Shown: positions 8,333 through 19,090, numbered from the stretch's first letter. The stretch is 64,000 nucleotides of DNA from an uncultured bacterium (GCA_965371515.1 CBDUYR010000007.1:1-64000); one strand, 5' to 3'. The notes: a model not told the origin generated them from the sequence alone. A program made the numbers and translations.

Positions 8333-9091
8333 ATGGTTGACGGTAATTCGAACGGCAAGACCGGGCTGAGCGACAGGGAGATCGAGGAGCTTCGCAGCAG
8401 TATCGCTCTCCTCGAGGGAGAGCTCGCCATAAGGGACGGTCTCGAAGTGCTGGCTGGCGGGATAGCCCACGATTTCAACAATCTGCTTACGGTTATACTG
8501 AACAATATATCGCTCATGAAACTCGAGGCTGCCCCGGGAAATGGAACGATGGTCGGTCTCGAGGAGATGGAAAATGCCACACTTAAGGCCCGTGACCTCG
8601 CCTTGAGGCTCCTCAATATAGCGGGCAACGGATCTCCTCCGCCTTCGGAGGAAAGGCGTGATACAACCGGTGAACCTGCTCTCGAAGGGTTGATGGGAAA
8701 CGGAAGGATCCTGCTCGTCGACGACGAGGAGACTGTGAGGACCAGTACCGGTGCGACACTTACCAGGCTCGGGTACAGTGTGGTCCTCGCCGAGAACGGG
8801 TCGAAGGCGATAGAGATCTTCTGTCAGTCTGCCGACGAGGGAAGGCCGTTCGACGTGGTCATACTGGATCTCACCGTTCACGGAGGCAGCGGAGGCAAGG
8901 AGACGGTATCAAGCCTCAAGCGGATCAACCCCGAAGTCAGGGCCGTAGTTTCAAGCGGATATGCCAATGACGCTGTGATGACCGATTACGCGGAATTCGG
9001 TTTCTCCGGGAAACTTTGCAAGCCGTATACAATGGAAGACCTCGGACGCGTCATGAAAACAGTGCTCGAAGATTTCGGGAACAAGGCCTGA
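8333..9091 (+). CDS. HisKA plus receiver-domain protein lacking the ATP-binding (HATPase) domain
   Basis: H-box LAGGIAHDFNNLL, short linker, receiver ILLVDDE...ILDL...SSGY...KPY; ATG at 8333 after GGAGGGG. Confidence 0.8.
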   Translation: MVDGNSNGKTGLSDREIEELRSSIALLEGELAIRDGLEVLAGGIAHDFNNLLTVILNNISLMKLEAAPGNGTMVGLEEMENATLKARDLALRLLNIAGNGSPPPSEERRDTTGEPALEGLMGNGRILLVDDEETVRTSTGATLTRLGYSVVLAENGSKAIEIFCQSADEGRPFDVVILDLTVHGGSGGKETVSSLKRINPEVRAVVSSGYANDAVMTDYAEFGFSGKLCKPYTMEDLGRVMKTVLEDFGNKA

Positions 9092-9198
9092 TCACACCAC
9101 ACATATTTAAAGATGTGGACATCGAACGTCCCATCTGATAACATTTTATCCCTTCATAGAAGGAATATCCGGATGCATGTGAACATGGAGGTGGAGAG

Positions 9199-10356
9199 AT
9201 CGATTTTGGACTGAGTGAAGAACAGAGAGTACTGCGCCACAGTATCAGGGATTTTGCCGAGAAAGAGATCGGTCCGAGGGCGCAGGAACTTGACGAGAAG
9301 GAAGAATTCTCGATAGAGCTGACGAAGAAGATGGCCGGGCTCGGCCTGTTCGGAATCTTCGTGTCAGAGGAATACGGTGGATCCGGGATGGGCTATCTCT
9401 CTTACATCATCGCTATCGAAGAGATTGCCAGGATTGACGGTTCGCAGGCGGCTACGGTCGCTGCGGGGAATTCACTCGGTATCGGTCCGATATACTACTA
9501 CGGAAACGAGGAGCAGAAGAAAGAATGGCTTCCGCGGCTCTGCAGCGGAGAGATCCTCGCCTCATTCGGTCTTACCGAGCCGGATGCCGGATCCGACGCC
9601 GGCGCGAGCAAGACAACGGCCGAGCTCAAGGACGGCGAATGGGTAATCAACGGCAGCAAGATATTCATCACCAACTCAACGAGTGAGATGAGTGCGGTAT
9701 GCATTGTCCAGTGCGTAACGGGCAAGAGGCGGGACGGAAAGAAAGAGATGTCCTGCATCATCGCTGAAAACGGAACGCCGGGATTCGAAGCGAAGAAGAT
9801 GACGGGTAAGATGATGTGGAGAGCTTCGGACACGGGCGAGCTCTATTTCGACAACTGCCGCGTTCCCGAGAAGAACCTCCTCGGCAGCAGAGGAGAGGGC
9901 TTTCACCAGATGCTCGAGACGCTGGACAACGGGAGGCTAGCTATCGCGGCTATGGGGCTCGGCGGCGCACAGGGTGCGTTCGAACTGGCTCTGAAGTATT
10001 CCAGGGAAAGGGAGCAGTTCGGGGCGAAGATCTGCTCGTTTCAGGCAAATGCCTTCAAGCTGGCCGATATGGCTACATCGATAGAAGCTGCACGCAACCT
10101 TCTGTACAAGGCCTGTCGCCTGAAGGATGAGGGGCAGCCGTTCTCAAAGGAAGCTGCCATGTCGAAGCTCTACTGTTCTGAGGTGATGGGGCGTGTCGTT
10201 GACGAGGCGGTGCAGATATTCGGCGGCTACGGCCTGATGCGTGAATATGACATAGAGCGGTTTTACCGGGACTATAAACTGCTTACGATAGGCGAAGGCA
10301 CCTCTGAGGTTCAGAGAATTGTAATATCAAGAATGATAGGTTGTTACGACGATTAG
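9199..10356 (+). CDS. Acyl-CoA dehydrogenase (probable non-canonical ATC start)
   Basis: FGLTEPDAGSD, INGSKIFITN, AVQIFGGYG, IGEGTSEVQR. The frame extends upstream of the ORF-track start (9331) as (I)DFGLSEEQRVLR to ATC at 9199, behind GGAGGT. Confidence 0.9.
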   Translation: MDFGLSEEQRVLRHSIRDFAEKEIGPRAQELDEKEEFSIELTKKMAGLGLFGIFVSEEYGGSGMGYLSYIIAIEEIARIDGSQAATVAAGNSLGIGPIYYYGNEEQKKEWLPRLCSGEILASFGLTEPDAGSDAGASKTTAELKDGEWVINGSKIFITNSTSEMSAVCIVQCVTGKRRDGKKEMSCIIAENGTPGFEAKKMTGKMMWRASDTGELYFDNCRVPEKNLLGSRGEGFHQMLETLDNGRLAIAAMGLGGAQGAFELALKYSREREQFGAKICSFQANAFKLADMATSIEAARNLLYKACRLKDEGQPFSKEAAMSKLYCSEVMGRVVDEAVQIFGGYGLMREYDIERFYRDYKLLTIGEGTSEVQRIVISRMIGCYDD

Positions 10357-10397
10357 TTAATGATGTATCGAGGTAATGTGCCGTCCCTGTAAGGAGA

Positions 10398-10433
10398 AGG
10401 CCGCTGGTTTCAAACCGGCGGCCTGACCTTTTT
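10398..10433. terminator. Hairpin between convergent genes (likely intrinsic terminator)
   Basis: AGGCCGCTGGTTT-C-AAACCGGCGGCCT followed by GACCTTTTT. Confidence 0.6.
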
Positions 10434-10451
10434 CGGAGCAGAAGGATGTGA

Positions 10452-12407
10452 TCAGTCTTCGTTCAGCTCCGGAATGTTCTCGTAGAGCTTCAGGGCCTCG
10501 GGATTCTTTAAAGCGTCCTGGTTCCGGACTTCCTGTCGGTGGACGATCTTTTTTACGGCGAGTTCGACCTTCTTCATGTTGATCGTATACGGGATGTCGC
10601 CGATAGCTATTATCTTTTTAGGTACGTGGCGCGGTGAGGCGTTTTTCCTGATCGTCCTGCGGATCGTGTCCTGAAGTTCACTGGTCAGCTCCTCGCCATC
10701 GGCCATCTTAACGAAAAGGATGACCCTCACGTCGTCTTTCCATTTCTGGCCGATCACTACACTGTCGGCGATTTCCTCTATCGACGCCATCAGTCTGTAT
10801 ATCTCAGCCGTGCCGATGCGAACTCCGCCGGGATTCAGGGTCGTGTCAGACCTGCCGTAGACTATTACGCCGTTGTGTTCCGTGACCTCGATATAGTCGC
10901 CGTGCCGCCAGACACCGGGGAAGATGTCGAAATAGGCCCTGTGGTATTTCTCGCCTTCAGGGTCATCCCAGAAGTAAATCGGCATCGAGGGAAACGGAGA
11001 GATGCATACGAGCTCGCCCTGCTCGCCGATCACGGGGTCGCCATCGATATCGAAGGCGTGGACGTTCATTCCCAGGCACCTGCACTGAAGCTCTCCCGGC
11101 CATACAGCGCCCATCGGATTACCCGCCGCGAAACAGCCGTTAAGATCGCTGCCTCCTGAAATCGATGAAAGGCAGAGGTCTTTCTTGATGTGCTTGTAGA
11201 CGTACTCGAATTCGTCTGCGTGCAGCGGGGATCCCGTCGAGAGAATCGCCTTGAGACGAGACAGGTCGAAAATCTCATTTGGTTTTAATCCGACCTGCTT
11301 CAGTGCCGTGATGTACCTCGCGCTCGTTCCGAATATGGTCATGCCTATATCCTCGGCGAATCTGAACAGCGCCTCCGGCTTCGGAAAGAAGGGTGAGCCG
11401 TCGAAGAGAACCACCGTCGCGCCGAGGGCGAGGGAGCTCGTAAGCCAGTTCCACATCATCCATCCGCACGTGGTGAAGTAGAAGATCCGGTCCTCGCGCT
11501 TGACGTCGGTGTGCAGCGAGAGCTCCTTCATATGATGGATGAGGATCCCGCCAGCGCTTTGAATCATGCACTTCGGCAGGCCGGTTGTCCCGGACGAGTA
11601 CATTATATATAGGGGATGCTCGAACGGCAGCTGCTCGAACTCGATCTCGAGTTTCTCTTCCTTCGACACAAAATCATCGTACAATAGGGCGTTCGGCAAC
11701 GGCGAGATGTCGGGAGATTCCTCTGTATAGGGAACAACTATCACCTTTTCAACGGATGGAAGGTCCTTGAGGATCTCCGAGATCCTGTCGATCGAATTGA
11801 ACGGCTTGCCGTTGTACCAGTATCCGTTCGCTGTGAATATCAGCCGCGGCTCGATCTGACCGAACCTGTCGAGCACACCCTTGATCCCGAAATCGGGCGA
11901 GCAGGAAGACCAGAGGGCGCCGATGCTCGCGGAGGCAAGCATAGCGATGATCGCCTCGGGCATGTTCGGCATGAAGCCCGCGATGCGGTCCCCCCGGGTG
12001 ATGCCCATCTCTCTCATTGATCGCGCAAGGGCTGCGACTCTGCCGTACAGCTGGCCGTAGGTGAGAGTGCAGCCGCCGTTCTTCTCACTGCTGAATATGA
12101 TCGCCGTGTGTTCGTCCCTGTATCGGAGCAGGTTCTCGGCGAAGTTGAGTTTCGCTCCGGGAAACCATTTCGCACCGGGCATCCTGTCGCCGTCCTCGAG
12201 AACGGAGTCGTATTTCCGAGAATGGATGATATCCATGAAGTCCCAGATCGTCTCCCAGAGCTCGGGGATGTTATCGACGGACCACTGCCAGAGCTCGTCG
12301 TAATTGCTGAAAGCTGTTCCGTGCCGCTCGTTGATCTCCATCATGAAGCGGTACATGTTTGTTTTCCTGATTCTTTCCTCGGAAGGTGTCCAGAGAAGTC
12401 CGCTCAT
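10452..12407 (-). CDS. Acetoacetate--CoA ligase
   Basis: LWTPS start, WFPGAKLNFAENLL, IMYSSGTTGLPK, SISGGSD, GRSDTTLNPGGVRIGTAEIY; 651 aa. Confidence 0.92.
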   Translation of the reverse strand: MSGLLWTPSEERIRKTNMYRFMMEINERHGTAFSNYDELWQWSVDNIPELWETIWDFMDIIHSRKYDSVLEDGDRMPGAKWFPGAKLNFAENLLRYRDEHTAIIFSSEKNGGCTLTYGQLYGRVAALARSMREMGITRGDRIAGFMPNMPEAIIAMLASASIGALWSSCSPDFGIKGVLDRFGQIEPRLIFTANGYWYNGKPFNSIDRISEILKDLPSVEKVIVVPYTEESPDISPLPNALLYDDFVSKEEKLEIEFEQLPFEHPLYIMYSSGTTGLPKCMIQSAGGILIHHMKELSLHTDVKREDRIFYFTTCGWMMWNWLTSSLALGATVVLFDGSPFFPKPEALFRFAEDIGMTIFGTSARYITALKQVGLKPNEIFDLSRLKAILSTGSPLHADEFEYVYKHIKKDLCLSSISGGSDLNGCFAAGNPMGAVWPGELQCRCLGMNVHAFDIDGDPVIGEQGELVCISPFPSMPIYFWDDPEGEKYHRAYFDIFPGVWRHGDYIEVTEHNGVIVYGRSDTTLNPGGVRIGTAEIYRLMASIEEIADSVVIGQKWKDDVRVILFVKMADGEELTSELQDTIRRTIRKNASPRHVPKKIIAIGDIPYTINMKKVELAVKKIVHRQEVRNQDALKNPEALKLYENIPELNED

Positions 12408-12595
12408 CCGCCAGTCCTTTCGGCATATGTTTTACTTAACGATTCCTGATTATGACGACTATGGGTATTTATCGTCAATTTATTTAAGGGAGCCCGTTTT
12501 GGGATGAAGGAATCAGCCATCTATGATATGTTTCCCGGAACAGCCTGCTACCACCCTGAAGGAAGGAACGCGCAAGATCCCAACGCATATCCGGA

Positions 12596-15280
12596 ATGGA
12601 GATAAAATTGAGAAAAAGTACTTTCACCACATGCATGATATCATTCGTAATCCTGCTTCTCTGCATCATATCGACGGGATCGTCGTCGGAGCCGGTATCG
12701 CCGGAAAAACAATTCGGATTCAGGCCGGGCGCAGACGGCAGACTGATCGATTACCCGCAGCTGATAAAATACCTGATGATACTAGATGACGCATCGCCTC
12801 GACTTTTGTTGAAGGAGGCCGGCGAATCGCCGCTCGGCAGGAAGATGTACATCCTATTTATCTCGTCTGAGGAGAACATCGCCGGTCTCGAAGGCCTGCG
12901 CGATATAAACGAGAGGCTGGCTCTCGATCCGGAGATCCCTGATAGCGAGAGAAAAGCCCTCATCGAAAAGGCAAAGGTGTTCTTCCTCGCGACATTGTCC
13001 ATGCATTCCGGGGAGGTAGGCCCTTCTCAGGCCCTGCCGATAATCGCCTATGATCTGATAACGAGTGAGGACCCGGAAGTGCTCCAGTGGATGGAAGATG
13101 TAGTCTATATGGCCACGCCCTGCCACAATCCCGACGGCATGGATATGACGGTCGAGCATTACAGGAAATACCACGGGACGAAGTATGACGGCGCATCTAT
13201 GCCCGGCCTCTATCACAAGTATGTCGGCCACGACAACAACAGGGACTTCGTGATACTGAGCCAGAAGGACACAAAGGTCATAGCCGCCATCTACAGCACG
13301 ATATGGTACCCGCAGGTGATGGTCGAGAAGCACCAGATGGGTTCGACGGGCGTTCGCTATTTCGTACCCCCGAATCACGATCCGATTGCCGAGAATATAG
13401 ACGCGGGGATATGGAACTGGATGGGCCTGTTCGGGATGAACATGATAAAGGACATGACGAAAGCAGGACAGGCCGGAGTGGCGCAGCACTACTTCTTCGA
13501 CGAGTACTGGCCAGGTTCGACAGGCACATGCAACTGGAAAAACGTGATCAGCTTCCTTACGGAGGCGGCAAGCGTGCGGTATGCGTCGCCGATATACATC
13601 GAGCCTAACGAACTCGGTGTCCACGGCAAGGGGCTTGCCGAGTACAAGAAGAGCGTGAACATGCCTTTACCCTGGCCCGGTGGCTGGTGGAGGCTTTCCG
13701 ATATCATCGAATACGAGATATCGTCGACGAAATCGATAATTAAGACCTCGTCGAAACACCGGAATGACATCCTGACATTCAGAAACGACTTGTGCAGGCG
13801 GGAGGTGGAGCGCGGCAGGAGCGAGCCGCCGTACTATTACGTGATGCCCCTCGATCAGAACGATCGTTCTGAACTTGCCGGGATCGTGGATCTCCTTCTC
13901 GAGCACGGTGTTCAGGTCTCGAAACTCACTTCAGGAATGAAGGTAGGAGAAAGGGACTTCGAGAAGGGCGATATCGTAGTATCTATGTCGCAGCCTTACC
14001 GCGCGTTCGCCAAGGAAGTGTTGGAGCGCCAGCAGTTTCCTCTGCGTCATTACACACCAGACGGAGAGGTGATCAGGCCGTATGATATCACCAGCTGGTC
14101 GCTCCCCCTTCACAGGGGAGTCGATTCGTACGAGATCAGGGAGAGATCGAAAGAGTTGGAAGCGGCGCTCGTAACGGTGGCAGGAGGGGAATTCTACAGG
14201 GTCTCTCTTCCCGGGGACTGCGGAGGAGCCGTCTTTGCGGCCGGCGATAACGAGAGCTTCAAGGCCGCCTTCATGGCCATGGAAAAGAAGCTCACCGTAT
14301 ACAGGCTCAAGACAGAGACAAGAATCGAGGGAAAGAGTTTCGAGGCGGGGACATTCATCATCCCAGGCAGCGTGAAGAAGGACAAGGCACTTGCTGAGTT
14401 GTCTTCGTCGCTCACTGTTACTCCGTATTTCACGGACGGAGATCCACTGAAGAGTCTTTCGGAGGATAATGTCGTCAAGGTCGAGGCGCCGAGGATCGCA
14501 CTTGTCGAGACCTGGGTTCACGATATGGACGCCGGGTGGACGAGGTTCATCTTCGATTCGTATCACATACCGTTCGATATGCTCAGGCCGGGAGATTTCG
14601 AGAAGACTGACCTGGCGAAGAAGTACGACGTCATACTGTTCCCCAACAACAGCAAGGACCTGCTGATGAGCGGTAAACGGAAGCGAAGGGGAGAGTACTA
14701 CTCGAGCAGCTATCCTCCGGAGTATGTAAAAGGGATAGGGAAGAAGGGTATGGAGAAGCTGATGGATTTTATCGACACGGGCGGACTGATCGTTTCCTGG
14801 GGCGGATCGACGGAGCTTTTTTCAGGAACGCTGGAGATAAAGAAGGGCAAGGACGAGAAAGAAGAGTTCAACCTGCCGTTTACAGTACTAAACGAGAAAC
14901 TCAAGAAAGATGGGTTCTACTGTCCGGGGGCGATGCTGCGAGTGAATCTGACTTTGGGGCATCCCCTCACCTGGGGGATGCGAGAGGAAACGGGCGTATT
15001 GTTAAGGAAGGGAATGGCATTCAGGACCTCGGTACCGCGATTCGATATGGACCGCAGGGTCATAGCCAGATTTCCAGAGAAGGATATCCTCCTCAGCGGA
15101 TACGTGGAGAAGGAAAAGGCGATCGGCAACAAGAACGCGATGATATGGTTGCGGAAGGGGGACGGTCAGCTCGTGCTGTTCGGGTTTAACCCGCAATTCC
15201 GCGCGGCGACGGCCGGTACTTATAAGCTCCTCTTTAACGCGATACTGCTGGGTGACGCCGGTTCCATGCCGTCGCCGTAG
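12596..15280 (+). CDS. Secreted M14-family zinc carboxypeptidase with a C-terminal class I glutamine amidotransferase-like domain
   Basis: Signal peptide; HSGE, NPDG, HDNNRD and HQMG motifs; YDITSWSLPL; DAGWTRF. Confidence 0.82.
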   Translation: MEIKLRKSTFTTCMISFVILLLCIISTGSSSEPVSPEKQFGFRPGADGRLIDYPQLIKYLMILDDASPRLLLKEAGESPLGRKMYILFISSEENIAGLEGLRDINERLALDPEIPDSERKALIEKAKVFFLATLSMHSGEVGPSQALPIIAYDLITSEDPEVLQWMEDVVYMATPCHNPDGMDMTVEHYRKYHGTKYDGASMPGLYHKYVGHDNNRDFVILSQKDTKVIAAIYSTIWYPQVMVEKHQMGSTGVRYFVPPNHDPIAENIDAGIWNWMGLFGMNMIKDMTKAGQAGVAQHYFFDEYWPGSTGTCNWKNVISFLTEAASVRYASPIYIEPNELGVHGKGLAEYKKSVNMPLPWPGGWWRLSDIIEYEISSTKSIIKTSSKHRNDILTFRNDLCRREVERGRSEPPYYYVMPLDQNDRSELAGIVDLLLEHGVQVSKLTSGMKVGERDFEKGDIVVSMSQPYRAFAKEVLERQQFPLRHYTPDGEVIRPYDITSWSLPLHRGVDSYEIRERSKELEAALVTVAGGEFYRVSLPGDCGGAVFAAGDNESFKAAFMAMEKKLTVYRLKTETRIEGKSFEAGTFIIPGSVKKDKALAELSSSLTVTPYFTDGDPLKSLSEDNVVKVEAPRIALVETWVHDMDAGWTRFIFDSYHIPFDMLRPGDFEKTDLAKKYDVILFPNNSKDLLMSGKRKRRGEYYSSSYPPEYVKGIGKKGMEKLMDFIDTGGLIVSWGGSTELFSGTLEIKKGKDEKEEFNLPFTVLNEKLKKDGFYCPGAMLRVNLTLGHPLTWGMREETGVLLRKGMAFRTSVPRFDMDRRVIARFPEKDILLSGYVEKEKAIGNKNAMIWLRKGDGQLVLFGFNPQFRAATAGTYKLLFNAILLGDAGSMPSP

Positions 15281-15305
15281 TTTCCTGGCATCCGCGGTGG
15301 TTATG

Positions 15306-17681
15306 TCACCGTATTTCTTCAAATTCTGTCTTGAACTCGATCAGTGGTAAAAAGTCCTCGTCTGCTTTGGCGAGGACTTCAAGTGTCCTGTCGTAATTCT
15401 CCTTCGCTGAAATCATATCTCCACTCAGAGAATACGCTTTGCATAAGATCATCAGTAATTGTGGATCGTTCGGATTATATTTTGCGAGGTCTTGACATTC
15501 AGCAATAGCCTCATCCGCTTTGCCGACCTGGAGGAGAGCGCGAGCGTATTCTCTGCCGAAGAAGAAGAACTCGCGCGGAGAATTATTTCCTGCCTCTTTG
15601 AGAGCGTTAAGCGCACTCATGTTCCTGCCCTCGGAAAGAAGAATGAGGCCTCGGAGGTGTTCACGTCTTGAAGATTCCGTATAAATCTTTAGCTTCTCCA
15701 TGAGTGCGGTGAGTTTAATTAACTCATCTCGTGCTCTATCAACGTCATTTTCCATGGTGATGAGTTTGACTCCTCGGAGCCAGCATGCCCGGATCGATTC
15801 GGGATTCAGTTCTTCTATCCTCGACATTTCCCTGTCGAATGATTCTTTATCCTTCTGTATGAAGTATATGCGGGCCAGGTGAAGACGACCGTTGACCTGG
15901 CCCATCAAAGTAGTTTTACCGAGGTAGAGGTGAAAATGCTCGTGTGCTTCGCGCAGTCGCCCCATTTCGATGCATGTATTTCCGAGTCCCTCGTACGCAG
16001 TGAAAGGGGGATCGTCCATGGACAGGAGGGAGTAATACTGCAGGTAGGCTTCCTCGTAGTTACCAATAAAGAGATTGGCTCCCGCAATGCTTGTCACTGG
16101 ATCGGGAGAATCAGGGAATAGTTCCTGGTATTTCCTGAAGGATTTCATGGCCTTATCGAAATCTCCGGAATAGAGGAGCGCTGTTCCAGTATAGTTGTGA
16201 GCCGTTCCGTGTTTTCCGAAGAGATTCTGAGGATCGGCTTCGAAATATAGTTCAAATTGTTCGAGGGCACCCTCGTAGTCCCCGATATATTTCGAGAGGA
16301 TATAACCAATATGGATCAAAGTTGATGCCTCCGCAGGATTGTCCTCGTAGCATTCTCTGTAACGAACTACCGCTTTCTGCCAGTTGTGCTCGACTATCGC
16401 TTCGACTGCAGCGCACAGGATAAGAGCTCCCATGTCGTCTTTGCTTTTGGCGACCTTTCTGGCTCTGTCTATAAGCTCAATGGCTTTTTTCGAATCACTG
16501 CCCCAGCTGTAGTAGGCTGCCAGGGTTATCAGTGATTCGAAGTGCTCGGGATCTTCCTTGAGAGCCTGATCGATGAAAGGTATACCTTCGGGCTGATTCC
16601 CCGTGTTGTAAAGAGTCCGACCGTGTTCATACAGGATATCCGCCTTACTCTGCGATTCCGGGCTGGGAGAGTCATCAACCGCGGCGAGTTCACTGCCGAC
16701 AGAGTCAATGCTGTCCCTGTCCCCTCCGGCGATTATGTGCCTGATTATGAAAAACAGCATCACGACCGATACGGAGAGGGCCAGGGCAGAGGTCAGTTTC
16801 CAGCCGAAGATGTGTTGCTTGCCCGGAAAGAATCCTTTCCAGGTCATGGCCGTCTCGGGCTCTCCGAAGAGGATGTTGCGGACCAGTATAAGGGCGTTGC
16901 GCATCTCTTCCATCGTGCCGTATCTGTAGTCGGGTGATTTTTCAAGAGCCCTATCAACGATGGCGTTGATTTCCAGCGGTATTTCCGGGACGAATCCCAT
17001 CGCCGGTTCGTGCTTCTCGTTGACTATACTGTAGAGAACGGAAGCGTCATAGTCTCCCTCGAAAGGCCTCCGACCGGTCAGCATCTGGTACATCAGGATG
17101 CCGAGCGACCAGATGTCTGAACGATGGTCCACGTGGCCGCCACGGACCTGCTCGGGAGACATGTAGCCGAGTGTTCCTGCTCCGGCCATTGTCATGCTTA
17201 TCGTCTCAGTGCCCGATTGCTTGGCAAGACCGAAATCCATTATCTTGACCTTGCCCTTGTCGGAGACGATTACGTTTGCCGGTTTTATGTCCCTGTGGAT
17301 GATCCCCTGTTCGTGTGCGGCAAGGAGTCCGTCCGCAATCTGTATGAGGATATTCAGAGTCTTCTCGAGTTCCGGTCTCTCGTCCCTGATGAGGTCTCCG
17401 AGTGTGCTTCCCTCGCAGTAGGCCATCACGATGAAGAGTTTGTCGTCGAGTTCCTCGACCTCGTGTATCGCACAGATGTTCTGGTGGTCGAGCGAGGCTG
17501 CCGCCCTCGCTTCCTTCATGATCCGTTCCCTGGTCGAACCGTGAAGCACCGAGGTGGAGGAGAGGAACTTCAGCGCGACGATCCTGCGGAGCTTGATATC
17601 CTCCGCCCGGTAGACGACGCCCATTCCACCCTCGCCGATCTTCTCGAGGATCTTGTAGTGATAGACGGTTTCGCCAATCAT
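15306..17681 (-). CDS. Hanks-type Ser/Thr protein kinase with a TM segment and C-terminal TPR repeats
   Basis: GEGGMGVVY, VALK, HRDIKPAN, DFG, YMSPEQ, DIWSLG; hydrophobic segment near aa 300; TPR-like helical repeats. Confidence 0.93.
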   Translation of the reverse strand: MIGETVYHYKILEKIGEGGMGVVYRAEDIKLRRIVALKFLSSTSVLHGSTRERIMKEARAAASLDHQNICAIHEVEELDDKLFIVMAYCEGSTLGDLIRDERPELEKTLNILIQIADGLLAAHEQGIIHRDIKPANVIVSDKGKVKIMDFGLAKQSGTETISMTMAGAGTLGYMSPEQVRGGHVDHRSDIWSLGILMYQMLTGRRPFEGDYDASVLYSIVNEKHEPAMGFVPEIPLEINAIVDRALEKSPDYRYGTMEEMRNALILVRNILFGEPETAMTWKGFFPGKQHIFGWKLTSALALSVSVVMLFFIIRHIIAGGDRDSIDSVGSELAAVDDSPSPESQSKADILYEHGRTLYNTGNQPEGIPFIDQALKEDPEHFESLITLAAYYSWGSDSKKAIELIDRARKVAKSKDDMGALILCAAVEAIVEHNWQKAVVRYRECYEDNPAEASTLIHIGYILSKYIGDYEGALEQFELYFEADPQNLFGKHGTAHNYTGTALLYSGDFDKAMKSFRKYQELFPDSPDPVTSIAGANLFIGNYEEAYLQYYSLLSMDDPPFTAYEGLGNTCIEMGRLREAHEHFHLYLGKTTLMGQVNGRLHLARIYFIQKDKESFDREMSRIEELNPESIRACWLRGVKLITMENDVDRARDELIKLTALMEKLKIYTESSRREHLRGLILLSEGRNMSALNALKEAGNNSPREFFFFGREYARALLQVGKADEAIAECQDLAKYNPNDPQLLMILCKAYSLSGDMISAKENYDRTLEVLAKADEDFLPLIEFKTEFEEIR

Positions 17682-17747
17682 CGTTTTACGAGTCAGGTTT
17701 GAGGTTCGATTGTCTGGAGTCGTTCTATTCTGCTTGCCGCTGTCAGT

Positions 17748-17776
17748 ATGATACAGAAAAACTTACTGGAATTCAA
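17748..17776 (-). promoter_or_regulatory. Candidate sigma70 promoter for the kinase gene
   Basis: Minus strand TTGAAT, 17 nt, TATCAT. Confidence 0.45.
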
Positions 17777-17788
17777 GGAAATGCAGAC

Positions 17789-19090
17789 TCATGTCCCTGT
17801 CCGCTTGATGACGACAATCGTCATATCGTCTCTCTGCGGAGCCTTGCCGGCGTGTCTGCATGCGTCATCAATGATCGTGTCGATTATGCTCATGGCAGTG
17901 GCGTCGCGGTTTGCCGTAACGATACCGGGCAGGAGATCCTCGCCGAATTCCTCTTCATCGAGATTGATCGCCTCGCTTATCCCGTCCGAGAATATGAGGA
18001 GGGTATCACCGGCATCCAGCTTTACAGAGTCTTCCGTATATGTGACATCCTCGATAGCTCCGAGAACGAGATTACCCGTTTCGAGCCTCTCGAAAGCCCC
18101 GGATCCCCTGACGAGGAAGGGAAGGTTGTGCCCGGCGTTGCTGTATGTCACCTCGGAGCTGCCGGGATCGAGTATTCCGAGAAAGAGGGTAGAGAACCGC
18201 TCGGGATCGGTATTCCTGAACATGTGTTCGTTGGAGTGGTTCAGAATCGATTCGGGTGTGGTCAGGTCGAGGTTCTGGCCGCGGAGCGTTGCGAGCATGT
18301 TCGACATAAGCAGGGCCGCAGGCATTCCCTTGCCCGAGATGTCGCCGAGGCAGAAGAAAAGCCTGCCATCGCAAAGGCGAATGAGGTCGAAGTAATCACC
18401 ACCGACCGATTTGGCAGGAATGCTTTTCCCCGCGATGTCGTAACCCTCTATTAACGGGGCGTCCTTTGGAAGCAGGCCCATCTGGATGTTGTAGGCTATT
18501 TTCATCTCTTCCTGCATCCTCATCAGCGACTGTTCTTCCTCGTAGAGCCTTGCGTTCTCTATGACAATGGCGGACTGCGTGGAGATAATGCAGAGGAGTC
18601 GCTTATCAGCCTCGGAGAATTTGTTGCCTCCGTGTTTGTTGAACACGTTCAGGGCTCCGATTATTCTCCCCTTGAGAATGAGGGGAACGCTGAGCAGGGT
18701 GTCGATCGGATTCTCTTCTGATTCGAGGGTTCTGAACCGATCGTCGTTGTCGAGATCGTCGACTATGAGGGGCTTCTTGTTCTTAAGCATCCAGCCGGTG
18801 ATCTGCGTGTCGAGGTGGAAAGGCATGTAGCCGCTGCTCTGGTCTGCCTGCCGCATGATCGTCCTGAACTGGTTGTCCTGTCCTCCGTTCTCGAGCAGTG
18901 TGACCGTTCCCTGCACCACTTTCATGTGCTTGATGCATTTCTGTACGATCAGCTCGATAATCTTTTCAAGGGAGAGCGTGGAATTGATCGCCGTTGAGAT
19001 GTCGTTGATTATTGACAGTTCCTCAACCGCGTTCTTCAGGCGCTCGTTCTCTGTCTCGAGCTTGTTAAACCTGCTGTTTTCATCCGCCAT
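17789..19090 (-). CDS. GAF-domain SpoIIE/RsbU-type PP2C phosphatase
   Basis: GAF (LLSVPL...IGALNVFNK), then GGDYFD, GDISGKG, NAGHN, FSDGISE and DDMT. Confidence 0.92.
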   Translation of the reverse strand: MADENSRFNKLETENERLKNAVEELSIINDISTAINSTLSLEKIIELIVQKCIKHMKVVQGTVTLLENGGQDNQFRTIMRQADQSSGYMPFHLDTQITGWMLKNKKPLIVDDLDNDDRFRTLESEENPIDTLLSVPLILKGRIIGALNVFNKHGGNKFSEADKRLLCIISTQSAIVIENARLYEEEQSLMRMQEEMKIAYNIQMGLLPKDAPLIEGYDIAGKSIPAKSVGGDYFDLIRLCDGRLFFCLGDISGKGMPAALLMSNMLATLRGQNLDLTTPESILNHSNEHMFRNTDPERFSTLFLGILDPGSSEVTYSNAGHNLPFLVRGSGAFERLETGNLVLGAIEDVTYTEDSVKLDAGDTLLIFSDGISEAINLDEEEFGEDLLPGIVTANRDATAMSIIDTIIDDACRHAGKAPQRDDMTIVVIKRTGT

